Assembly (NCBI RefSeq): GCF_964213995.1
Contig: NC_135804.1
Span: 69,378,001-69,442,000, forward strand
Direction of reading: 5' to 3'
Length of the DNA: 64,000 nucleotides
DNA from: Mustelus asterias
Lineage: Eukaryota
A program made the translations under genes and the position numbers. Of this stretch, positions 53,401 to 64,000 are shown one piece after another (the first letter of the stretch is position 1; every line of letters begins with the position of its first letter). A model generated the notes under the pieces. The model was not told the DNA's origin, did no database searches, and saw only the letters and a list, made by a program, of their open reading frames with translations.

Positions 53401-56400
53401 CTAGCGTGGAATAGTTTTGCTGCTTCTCCATCATTTTGAGCAATGCCGATGGTTAAACACGTTCCCATATTATGGTGCACCTGCCCACTTAAGTACCCAG
53501 ACACTAAGTTGACTGATTCCATTGCGACTAAACTGCATCTACTTCCCATCCCTCCTCCCCGCCCCCCCCCCCCCCCCCAAAAAAAAACAAAAATCCGCCT
53601 GGTGCTAAAAAAGCTTGAAAATCTTACACTTACTCACTGAATATGAGCTATTGATTTATTTTGTGAACACCACAGGCATAAAAACCGACATCTGTGGCAA
53701 TCTAAAGAGTAGAGCGGTCTTATTGAAAAAAATTGTTTGCAAATGCATTATAGCTACCACTTTCTCTGCGTTTTTCGACATTCGACCTTAGAAAAAAATC
53801 GCTCTAAATAATTTGTTCCATGAGGCTTTCCTTGTGTAACACACTATTCAGCCTCCCTAATCGAGTTGTCAGGAATCGTTTCTTTCACGTTCATAACGAT
53901 ACTTCGTTGCTGTGAAGCTAATTGAAAATTTGTTCCACATTTTCATCATTCTTCCTTTATTGCAGAGGACTGTTATGTGTGCCACTTTTCAATGCACGAG
54001 AGCCACTTCTCAGGGATAAATTTTCCTCAAATGTAATGGTCTTGTTTTGAACATATCCACGCACAAGTAAAAAACAAATGTTGTCATATGATCACCACTC
54101 TTCTCCATTAACTCACTTAAATAAGGCTCTGACCTGAATTTCATTTATTACCCGATGAGCAATCCAGCAAAGTCTGCTTCGAAAATCGTATCCCAACATA
54201 TTATTCTGGAAGTTTTTACTGAATGCATTCCATGAACTCGGTCTGAAATCTATATTTCCCACTTGCGTTTTCTGAACCAATTCATAAATAAAAGTCGCCC
54301 AAGAACATTATCGTTGTTATAAGGGCTTTTAAATGTGCGATATTGATCGCCCGAACCATTAAATTTGAAGTGAGCCGGTGTTTGAAAATACTTCTAACGT
54401 TGTGTTCTGACGCTTGCTTTTTCATCTATGCACCAACCCTGAACATAAATGTTTATCTCCTTAGTTTGTAACCATTCATATCGCTATTCTAAATAAACCT
54501 TCATTACCCGGAATACCGTACATTACTTCTTCTTTAAAAAAAACTATTACCCAGAAGTATTTCGTCTCCAAGTGCCCCGCTTTTAATTAGCGCTGCTAGA
54601 TGAAACAAGTATTATTTTATTTTTTAGTGTCGCTAGTCGGTTCACATTAACACTGCAATGAAGTTACTGTGAAAATCCTCGAGTCGCCACACTCCGGCTC
54701 CTGCTGGGGAACACTGAGGGAGAATTTAGCATGGCCAATGCACCTAACGGACGCGTCTTTCGGACTGTAGGAGGAAACTGGAGCACCCAAAAGAAACCCA
54801 CGCAGACACGGGGACAACATGCAATAAGTGTTCAAAGCGGGGAATTAAATCCGGGTCCCTGGTGCTGTGAGGCAGCAGTCCTAACCACTGTGCCACCGCA
54901 CCACACCAACTGTCCATTACGTTATCTATCTCTTAGGAACATTTGCTGATTTATCGGTGTTTCCTGACATGGAAATTGTCGCCATTAATCGAGTGACATT
55001 CAGAATCCTCCTGCCATTATCATAGAAACACTACAGTGCAAAAAAGACCATTCGGCCCACGGAGTCCACACCGGTGCTTTGACCAATTATCCCACCCAGG
55101 CTCTCGCCACTGCACTATCCATGTAATCCATACATTTATCTGGGATAAGCTATCCAATACCTAAAAAGTCACCTAACCTGCATATCTTTGCTCTGTGGGA
55201 GGAAACAGCAACGCCCGGCGGAAACCCATGGAGTTTTGCGGAGAATGTGTAAACGCCACACAGAGATCACCCAAGATCGAAATTGAACCCAGGTCCCTCT
55301 AACAGTTAGGCTAACGACTGTACCACTGTGCCACTGTGTCACACGGCTTTATCTATTCTACTTCAGTCATAATATAGCTAGATAGGATATTACTTACTTA
55401 ATATGGTGTCATTATTTTTCGTTGTCAATCAGGTGCTAAATTCCTGTTCAACTCTCAAGTTATTTATCGGAGTACAGCAGGTGCATTCATATTTCTACTG
55501 ATGATCGCCATCACTGGAAGCTCCTGTCACCAAAATAAAAAAGGTAAAAAAGGTCTTTATTCCAGAGTAACCTCAGGATCGTCAAATGTATGAAATTGAA
55601 TAATTTGAGTGAAAGCTAAAAAATGTATGACATTCGATTTGTAAAATGCAACCACGTTCATTTGTTAAGTCTAGTGCCTCGGGGAATTTATAAAGTATCC
55701 TCTCTATTTTGCTCCGTGGTAACCTAATTGAATTATATTTGCCTCACTTTGAGATGCAGTTTAAACAAAATTGTTACCTGGAACAGTATAAGTCAGGCAC
55801 TATGAAGCAGTTATTGTTCTTGTCGTCTGAGTCCTAAACTGTCTTTGCAGTTTTGTTACCATTATAGATGCGCCAAACGGGCGGTACGGTAGCACAATGA
55901 TTAGCACTGCTGCTTCACAGCGCCAGGGAGCTGGGTTCGATTCCTGGCTTGGGTCGCTAACTGTGTGAAGTTTGCGCGTTTTCCCAGTGTCTGCATGGAG
56001 TATCCCCCGGGTGCTCTGGTTTCCTCCCACATTCTGGAAGATGAGTTGATTAGGCGCATTGACCGAACAGGCGCCGGAATGTGGTGACTAGGAGAATTTT
56101 GCAGTAACTTCGTTGCAGCGTTCATGTCAGCGTCACTTGTGACTAATGAATGCAGTTTACATTATCATTTGATATATATTTGGAAAAAAAATCACCGCTC
56201 GTCCCACTGTTTTAGTCATTTATTGTAGGAGGATTGCGTTTCCAAATAATATTTTCATACCAATGCCCAAGTTTTTAATGGAATCAGCCAGATTGTCCTT
56301 CTTTAGAATTTTGCTGATCAATTGAAATTCATGGCGGAATAATACTTTAATTCCTTATCAGGAGTGTGCCGATATGTGGATACTTCAGAACTTCGTGAAC

Positions 56401-59400
56401 AGCAGGTAATTTCATGTCATCTTTTCTCATGTATGGTAAATAAAATAATAAATGATACGCCATTGAATCATTGCACTTAAACTCCACGTTGATCAAATGA
56501 ATTTTACATTTCTTTTTCTACTCACAAACGTTCACAAATATATGTAACCCTTGTTGTGAAAAGCCTGCACAGTGGCACAGTGGTTAGCACCGCTGCTTCA
56601 GCGCCAGGGCCTCGGGTTTCATTCTTGGTTTGGTTCACCGTCTGCGCCGAGTCTGCCAGTTCTCCTCGCGTCTGCGTGGGTTTCCTCCGGGTATTCCAAT
56701 TTCCTCCCACAGTCCAAAGGACGTGCTGGTTCGGTGTATTAGCAATGCTAAATTCTCCTTCAGTATATCCGAACAGGCGTCATTCTTGCGGCGACTGGGG
56801 AATTTTCACAGTAACTTCATTGCAGTGTTAATGCAAGTCCACTGTGACACTAAATAAAATGAAGAAACCGAGGAAACTGCAGTGTTCTGAAGAAATACAA
56901 CTCTAGTTCCAACGATAATGTGTGTACTGTATTTTTCGGAAGTGTATGCGTCGATCATGAACAGCGGAGACCAGTTATTGAAAGTTGTGCAGTTTCTTCT
57001 GTTGATGATTTTGCGAATATCAATGCATGAGTGGGTGCTCGGAATGTGCCACATCAGATTGCAGGCCAGAAACTGCATTGTCTCAGCTCAATGTAAAGAA
57101 AGTCTTCAGAGGGAGGTATCAGAAGTGATCGAAGCCACACTTCAGTCAGTTTCCTCAACAGCGGAAGTGAGATGCCCTGTAAATCAAACAGAATATATAA
57201 ATATTCCGGTGCGTATTGTCACAAATTGTCAAAATTCGACATCAACGTTTCAACTTTCCATCTAGTTTTTATATAATGTGGAAACCAGTTTAAAAACGGA
57301 TTTTATCTGTTCATCTGTGTATAGATAGAGCAGAGGATGAACTAATGTTTAAATTGCATTAGGCTCGAAGAGTTCCGCTATCTTCGAATCAAAGAATCCC
57401 TACAGTGTCGAAAGAGGCCATTCGCCTCATCAAGCCTAGTACGACCATAATCCCATCCAGACGGTATCCCTCTAATCCCACTTAATTATCCCCCTAATCT
57501 CCCTAATACTGAGGGACACTTTGCCATGGCCATTCCAGGTAACCTGCACATCTTTGGAATGTGCAAGGAAACTGGAACAATCGGAAGGAACTGACACAGG
57601 CAACGGAAAAACGTGCTAACTCCACATAGACAGTCACTCGCGGCTGGTTATAAACAGTAGAGTTAAACCGCTCGAGAAATGGACAGCGTTTGACAAAGCA
57701 CGGTGATAAACATAGCATAAACGTGCGTCAAAAGCCTATCTACGCTGTTCCATTAAGCGCGGTCCTTCCACCAAATTTTATATCAGCTATCTTATCCTTT
57801 CTTTTCGGGAAATTATTCAATTTTATAATTATGCATAAAGTGACCGAAAACTTTGAAATTAACAGAATCAAACCGCTGGATTATAGCAGCTAATAGCTGA
57901 CCAAAGTGATTGACACTTTTCCAGAAGTTGCTGAATGAGTGGAAAGAGAAATGCGGTGGCTGGTAGCTATATGGATTATCAAAACGCTTCTGATAATAAA
58001 AGGCATGAGCGACAATTGAACGAAAGTTAAATTTAATTACATAATTCCTACAATGCAGAAAGAGGCATTCCGCCCATCAGGTCGACACGAAAATCCGAAT
58101 AGAAGGCATTATACAGGCGTTTACATTCACTATGACTAAACCATCTAACCTACACATCTTGAGACACTCAGGGACAATTTCAGATGACCAATCTACTTAA
58201 CACACATGATAGAACCGTTAGCAGGAAACTGTAACACCCAGTGGAAACTCATGCAGACATGGGGAGAATGTATTTGATTTGATTTGATTCGTTATTGTCA
58301 CATGTATTAGCATACAGTGAAAAGTATTGTGTCTTGTGCACTAAACAGACAGAGCTTGGCATTCATCGAGAAGACAACGAGAAAGTGCTGAATGTAGAGT
58401 TACAGTCATTGTTAGGGTGTAAAGAAAGATCAACTTAATGCAAGGTAGGACCATTCAAAAGTCTGATGGCAGCAGGGAAGAAGCTGTTCTTGAGTCGGTT
58501 AGCACGTGACCTCAGACTTTTATATTTTTTTCCCGATGGAAGAAGGTGGAAGAGAGAATGTCCGGAGTGCATGGTGCCCTTAATTATGCTGGCTGCTTTG
58601 CCGAGACAGCAGGAAGTGTAGACAGAGTCAATGGATGGGAGGCTGGTTTGCTTGATGGATTGGGTTACATTCACAACCTTTTGTATTTTCTTGTGGCCTT
58701 GGGCAGAGCAGGAGCCATAGCAAGCTGTGGAAGGTGGTGGCAGTTGTAGCTGACATGCCAAATTTCCTTAGTCTTCCTTAGTCTTCTGAGAAAGTGGAGG
58801 CGTTGCTGGGCTTCCTTCACTATTGCGTCGGTACGGGAGGAACAGGACAGGTTGGTAGTGATCTGGACACCTGAAAATCTGAAACTCTTGACCCTTTCTA
58901 CTTCGTCCACATTGATATCGACAACGGCATATTCTCCTCTATGCTTTCTGAAGTTGATGAAAATCTGTTTCGCTCTGTTGACATTGAGGGAGAGATTGTT
59001 GTCGCCGCACCAGTTCACCAGTTTTGAGATGAATTTCATAGAAATAATGGTGTTGACGGCTGAGCTGTAGTCAATAAATAGGAGTCCAACATCGGTCTTT
59101 GTTATCTAGGTGTTCCAGGGATGAGTGCAGGGCCAGGGGGATGGCTCTGCTGTGGACCTGTTGCGGCAGTAGGCAAACTGTAGTGGATCCAGGCAGTCTG
59201 GGAGGCTGGAATTGATTCGTGCCATGACTCGCGTTTGAAACACTTCATAAAGATGGATGTCAGCTCTTGGATGATAGTCATTAAGGGACACTGCATGGCT
59301 TTTCATTGGTTCCGGGATGATGGTCGTCTTCGTGAAGCAGATAGGGACCTAAGATTATTGAAAGGAGAGTTTGAAGATGTCTCCGAATATCCCTGCCAGC

Positions 59401-61929
59401 TGATCACGCAGGACCTGACGGCTCGTCTGTGTACCCCATCGGACCAGTCGCTTTCTGTGGGTTGACCTTCGAGAACGCTGCTCTGACAGCGGCAATGATG
59501 ACCTCATGCACAGGTACATTCAAGACTTCAAGGGTGGAGGGCACGCTCTCAATGATCTCTTGCTCAAAACGGGCATAGAATACATTGAGCTCCTCAGGGA
59601 GGGGTGCGTAGGAGTCCGTGATTTTACATGCCTTCATCTTATAGCCTGTTATGTCTTGCAAACGTTGCCATCGTCGGCGGGGTTCTGTGTGGCTGGCCTG
59701 GGACTCTAGCTTGGTCTGGTACTGTCTTTTGGCATCATTGATGGATCTCCTTAGATCGTTTATGGCTTTCTTGTATAGGTCAGGGTCGCCTGACTTGAAT
59801 GCCTCAGACCGAGAGATAGCAGCCACACAAATGATCTGCCGAGGCTGGAATGGAACACGGTTCCCAGGCACTGGGAGGTAGCATTAAATGAAATTATTTA
59901 CATGCCATGCACATTTGCACAATGGTAGTCGACAGATATTAACAATAATCGGCAAACACTCCGATTGCCAGGTTATAACTGGTTTATTCTCGTAGGGCTA
60001 TGTTGAGACTTTGAAAATTCATGGGATTTATTCAAGACTTCATGAAATAGAACACCACACATTGAAATTTCTTGATGACACAAATATAGGACAGTACGTA
60101 GTCTCACAACACCAGGTTAAAGTCCAACAGGTTTATTTGGCATCACGAGCTTTGGGAACGCTGCTCTCTTTCACCAGTGGGGAGGAGCATTCACAAAGAC
60201 GGCATATATAGACAGTGACTCAATTGCAAGATAATGGTTGGAATGCGAGTCTTCAGAGTTAATCAAGTCTTTACAGGTACTGATAATGCGAATGGGGAGA
60301 GTGATAATTACAGATTAAAGAGGTGTGAATTGTCTCAAGCCAGGCCAGTGAGTAGGATTTTGCAAGCTCAGGCCAAATAGTGGGGGTTACATGTAGTGTG
60401 ACACGAACCCAAGATCCCGTTTGAGGCTGTCCTCATGCATGTGGAACTTGGCGGCTCGGGGATTCTGCATTGTCGTGTGTCACAAGGGATGAACGGACAC
60501 CATGCGAGAATCACCAGACAGGAATGTTCCCTTCCTGTCGGGGAACACGTCAGCAGCCAAAGACATTCAGTCTTCGATCTTCAGGAAAGCGTTCTCCAAG
60601 GCAGACTTCAAGACACATGATAACGCAGAATCCCCGAGCAGAAACTGATACCCAAGTTCACACACATGAAGACGGCTTCAACCATGCTCTTGGGTATATG
60701 TCACACTCCATGTAACCCCACCATTTGGCCTGGGCTTGCACAATCTGTGTGTGGAGTTGTGTGTGTCTGTGTGGAGTTTGCACATTCTCCTCGTGTCTGC
60801 ATGGGTTTCCTCCCGGTGCTCCGGTTTCCTCCCACAGTCCAAAGATACGCGGGTTAGGTTGATTGGCCATGCTAAATTTCCCCTTAGTGTCCTGAGATAC
60901 GTAGGTTGGAGAGATTAGTGGCTAAAATATGTAGGGATATGGAGGTAGGGCCTGGGTGGAATTGTGGTCCGTGCAGACTCGATGGGCCGAATGGCCTCCT
61001 TCTGTACTGTAGGGATTCTATGAATTCTATGAATAATCCTACTAACTGTCCTGGCTTGAGACAATTCACATCTCTTTAACCTGTGAATATCCCTCTCTCC
61101 ACTCGCATTGTTTCTTCCTGCAAAGACTAGATTGTCTGTAAAGACTTGTATTCCAAGCATTCTCTTGCAATTGAGTCTCTGTCAATACATGCCGTCTTTG
61201 TGAACCCACCTCCCCACTCACCTGATGAAGTGGAAGCGCTCCGAAAGCCCGTGATACCAAATAAACCTGTGTTGTGAGACTTCTTACTGTACCCAGCTCA
61301 GTCCAACGCCAGCATCTCCACATCCAAAACATAGGAGTTATTCTAAACCTATTCAAGGAAAGAAGGAAAGGCTTGAAGAGCTGCGCTATTTCATCCGTTT
61401 GGAGAGATATTCTGGGGGCACGGCGACATTGTCTAAAAAACATAGAGCTACAAATTGCATGAGTGGAATTAGGAACAAATTCTAGAGGGAGGGAAAAGTT
61501 CTAACCTTTGCGGGATTGCTTACAAACACGCTGATTGGTTTTGTTCGAATTGTTCCCCGAAACAATGTATTAATAGATTCGTGCCACGTGTGTAAATTCA
61601 AGGGCGACAGAGTCACGAGGCGCTAAATGATTCGCCCCTGTTCCAATGTTCCCATGTATGTTATTTTCACTCTTTTTGAAAGAACATTGATGCAATTTTG
61701 CTGGCAGATAAATAAAATAATGAGCTAACAACATTCTCCATCGTTGACTTCACAGATGGAACAACTCACCACTGATAACAAGCTGGCCTATGCTTCTCTT
61801 GATCTGAGTGGCTTCAAGCAAACTCGGAACCCGAAATCTAATGAGGCAAATACAGAACATGCTCAGCTTAGTACAACGATGCCAAGCAGAGCAATAGAGG
61901 TTATCTACACAGATTCCAGAATCGCATAA
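50389..61929 (+). CDS. Paralog A: V(J)-C1-TM-ITIM Ig-superfamily receptor, SIRP/NCR3-like, 337 aa; join(50389-50443,50553-50873,52158-52466,55433-55543,56362-56405,61756-61929)
   Basis: All introns are GT-AG with phases 1,1,1,1,0. The exons total 1014 nt and are open from ATG to TAA. Confidence 0.82.
50553..50873 (+). CDS. Paralog A exon 2, V-set domain with germline J-like strand
   Basis: tgatag|CT...TCA G|gtaggt. FQVSQAP...NVTFYC...VYWWKL...ASFQLLNISARDAGVYYCGV...ANGTGSTIKVS. Confidence 0.93.
52158..52466 (+). CDS. Paralog A exon 3, C1-set domain
   Basis: cgcag|TT...CTA G|gtaagg. LLCETSEFYPNVLNLSWYKDG...GLYKVSSIL...YTCQVSHVTL. Confidence 0.93.
52930..53290. mobile_element. Two abutting CR1 fragments in opposite orientation
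   Basis: 52930-53095 (+) ERIGPLRDKRGELC linker; 53096-53286 (-) LGLFSLKRRRMRGDLMEVYKIM. Confidence 0.75.
54625..54902 (-). mobile_element. tRNA-derived SINE
   Basis: Reverse complement GCGGTGGCACAGTGGTTAGGACTGCTGCCTCACAGC head; tail as in the 2611 copy. Confidence 0.8.
55018..55335 (-). mobile_element. Old HE1-like SINE
   Basis: Degenerate TGTGGGAGGAAAC core and CATTCGGCCCA tail. Confidence 0.65.
55433..55543 (+). CDS. Paralog A exon 4, stalk and transmembrane segment
   Basis: tcaatcag|GT...AAA G|gtaaaa. GAKFLFNSQVIYRSTAGAFIFLLMIAITGSSCHQNKK. Below the ORF-track length cut-off. Confidence 0.78.
55879..56155 (+). mobile_element. tRNA-derived SINE
   Basis: GGTAGCACAATGATTAGC A-box, GGTTCGATTCC B-box, shared tail. 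Confidence 0.8.
56362..56405 (+). CDS. Paralog A exon 5, short cytoplasmic exon
   Basis: ttccttatcag|GA...CAG CAG|gtaatt. GVCRYVDTSELREQQ. Converts phase 1 to phase 0, as the last exon requires. Confidence 0.62.
56566..56860 (+). mobile_element. tRNA-derived SINE
   Basis: GTGGCACAGTGGTTAGCAC head and CACAGTAACTTCATTGCAGTGTTAATG tail. Confidence 0.8.
58272..59815 (-). mobile_element. Rex1/Babar-type LINE fragment
   Basis: AFKSGDPDLYKKA, LNDYHP, LDPLQFAYCRNRST, WCGDNNLSLNV, AQQRLHFLRRL, and (ATTTG)n tail. Confidence 0.88.
60746..61033 (+). mobile_element. HE1-like SINE inserted in the Penelope arm
   Basis: GTGGAGTTTGCACATTCTCC...GACTCGATGGGCCGAATGGCC(ATTCTATG)n. Confidence 0.82.
61218..61254 (+). 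ncRNA. Degenerate minimal hammerhead motif (a further degenerate copy lies on the - strand at about 60143-60180)
   Basis: TCAC-CTGATGA-A-GTGGAAGCGCTCC-GAAA-GC-CC-GTGA. Stem I is TCAC/GTGA; stem II and U16.1 are damaged. Confidence 0.6.
61756..61929 (+). CDS. Paralog A exon 6, cytoplasmic tail with ITIM
   Basis: cttcacag|ATG. MEQLTTDNKLAYASLDLSGFKQTRNPKSNEANTEHAQLSTTMPSRAIEVIYTDSRIA*. LAYASL fits the ITIM consensus. Confidence 0.8.
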   Translation: MEQLTTDNKLAYASLDLSGFKQTRNPKSNEANTEHAQLSTTMPSRAIEVIYTDSRIA

Positions 61930-62609
61930 CATTGATTCGTCGTGTGGCAACCAATTTAATGTTCCTCTTCATGTCATTTCTCTCTTAAGCATTCTGGAGA
62001 AAACAATCTGCAGCTGTAAAAATGATGACTTGAAAAGTCGCTGAAGACGCTTTTTCAATTTCAGTTCTGGCCGCTTATCAACATTTACAAATAATGCTTT
62101 CCTTGTAACGATCTTCGTTTCTTTTTTTCGCTGGTCCGCGTCCTACGGGAATAGCACTTATTCCCTCATTTCAAACTGAGTTATTTACGATTGTTATTGC
62201 GTTTTACTGATCTGCTAATCGTTATGATGATGCAACATATTTCGGAAGGTGCTGACTTATCAACGTGAAGCTGTGACAGTCACGCACAGAGCACTTTCGA
62301 AAATTGTGCAATTTGCTTTTGAGAAAAGGTAAATGTAAGGAAGCCTTTATCAGAAGCAGAAGTGAAAAAAACAAATAAACCGATCATCACGCAATTCTGT
62401 CCGTCAATAATTCTATATTTTCGGCGATAATTCATTGTCGTGAATGTTAACTTAAACTTATTCTAAACCAGACCAAAGAAACCATTGATAATATTATACA
62501 AGAGATAGAATAGTGTGATGCGCAGTAAGAAAAACAGATTATGTTAATTGTTCCAGGAACGTACATTTTACAATTTCACCAAGTATGGCAGGTGAGAACC
62601 TATGACAGG

Positions 62610-64000
62610 TGAGAATCTAGAAACTATCATTATCACGAAAGACGTAGTGTCGGGCAAGTAAATGGTGCTAAAGCTAGACAAGTCTCCTGGTCCTGATGGA
62701 ATGCATCCCAGGGTATGAAACGAGATGGCGGGAGAAATAGCAATTGCACTCGTGGTAATTTACCAAAATTCGCTGGACTCTGGGGTGGTTCCCGCAGATT
62801 GGAAAACAGCAAATGTGACACCATTGTTTACAAAAAGGAGGTAGACAAAAGCAGGTAACTATAGGCTGATTAGCTTAACTTCTGTAGTAGGGAAAATGCT
62901 TGAACTATCATCAAGGAAGAAATAGCGAGTCATCTGAATATAAATTGTCCCATTGGTAAGACGCAGCATGGGTTCATGAAGGAAAGGTCATGTTTGATTA
63001 ATTTGGTGGAATTCTTTGATAACATTACATGTGCAGTGGACAATGGAGAACCTGTGGATGTGGGGAATCTGGATTTCCAGAAGGCATTTGACAAGGTGCT
63101 GCACCAAAGACTGCTACAGAAGATAAAGGTGCATGGTGTTACGGGTAATGTATTAGCATGGATAGAGGATTGGTTAACTGACAGAAGGCAAAGACTGGTG
63201 GGAAATGGGTGTTTTTCTGGTTGGCGATCAATGACTAGTGGTGTGCCACAGGGATCAGTGTTGGGACCGCAATTGTTTATGATTTACACAGGTGATTTGG
63301 AGTTGGGGACCAAGTATAGTGTGTCAAAATTCGCAGATGACACTAAGATGGGTGAAGGGCAAAGTGTGTAGAGGGCGCTGAAAGTCTGCAAAGGAATATA
63401 TTTAGTCTAACTGAGTGGGGGAGGGTCTGGCAGATGGAGTACAATGTTGGTGAATGTGAGGTCATCTATTTTGGTAGGAATAACAGCACAATGGACTATT
63501 ATTTAAATGGTAAACAAATTGCAGCATGCTGCTGTGCAGAAAGACCTGGGTGTCCTTGTGCAGGAATCTCAAGAAATTGGTTTGCAGGTGTAGCAGGTAA
63601 TTAAGAAGGCAAATTGAATTTTGTCCGTCATTGCTAGATGGATGGAGTTTAAAAACAGCGAGGTTATGTTGCAGCTGTAGAAGGTGCTGGTGAGGCCACA
63701 CCTGGAGTACTGTGTACAGTTCTGGTCGTCTCCTTACTTGAAAAAGGATATACTGGCACTGGAACGGGTGCAGAGGAGATTCACTCGGTTGATTCTGGAG
63801 TCGAGAGGGTTGGCTTATGAGCAGAGACTGAGTAGACTGGGGCTATCCTCATTTGAATTCAGAAGAATGAGGGGAGATCTTATAGAAACATAAGATTATG
63901 AAGGGAATAGATAAGATAGAAGCAGGGAAGTTGTTTCTACTGGCGGGTAAAAGTAGAGCTCGGGGCCACCCCTCAAAATAAGGGGAAGCAAATTTAGGAC
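62610..64000 (+). mobile_element. CR1 LINE RT region, decayed, running off the window
   Basis: [37 protein letters not shown]. Confidence 0.9.

Larger units (their letters stand above)
60090..61325. mobile_element. Second Penelope-like inverted structure (minus arm 60090-60481, plus arm 60482-61325) with a SINE in the plus arm
   Basis: The plus arm encodes MNGHHARITRQECSLPVGEH...HEDGFN. The two arms are reverse complements over the pLTR. Confidence 0.82.

Noticed and set aside
1-64000. CRISPR arrays, prokaryotic operons, rRNA or true tRNA genes
   Set aside because: None seen. The sequence is vertebrate, and the tRNA-like A/B boxes belong to SINE heads.

Overview
Eukaryotic, repeat-rich vertebrate DNA, most likely a shark or other elasmobranch (judged from the CR1 LINEs, HE1-like tRNA-SINEs, Rex1/Babar, Tx1, Penelope and Harbinger content; this is inference). 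Two paralogous non-rearranging immunoglobulin-superfamily receptor genes lie head-to-head about 40 kb apart. (1) An apparently intact + strand gene at 50389-61929 that I assembled by hand into six phase-compatible exons: leader, germline-joined VJ-type V, C1-set, TM with a membrane-proximal Arg, and two cytoplasmic exons with an ITIM. It encodes 337 aa and is SIRP/NCR3(NKp30)-like. (2) A damaged - strand paralog at about 7775-10262 whose V exon carries two compensating frameshifts. The rest is mostly decayed transposons. The notable ones are Penelope-like elements carrying seven minimal hammerhead-ribozyme motifs (one element forms a ~2 kb foldback with a target-site duplication), a tandem pair of identically truncated Tx1 3' ends delimited by three copies of an 11-bp repeat, and a ~5.9 kb Harbinger transposon next to its own internally deleted derivative. 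Repeat boundaries are approximate and family names come from motif recognition, not database searches.
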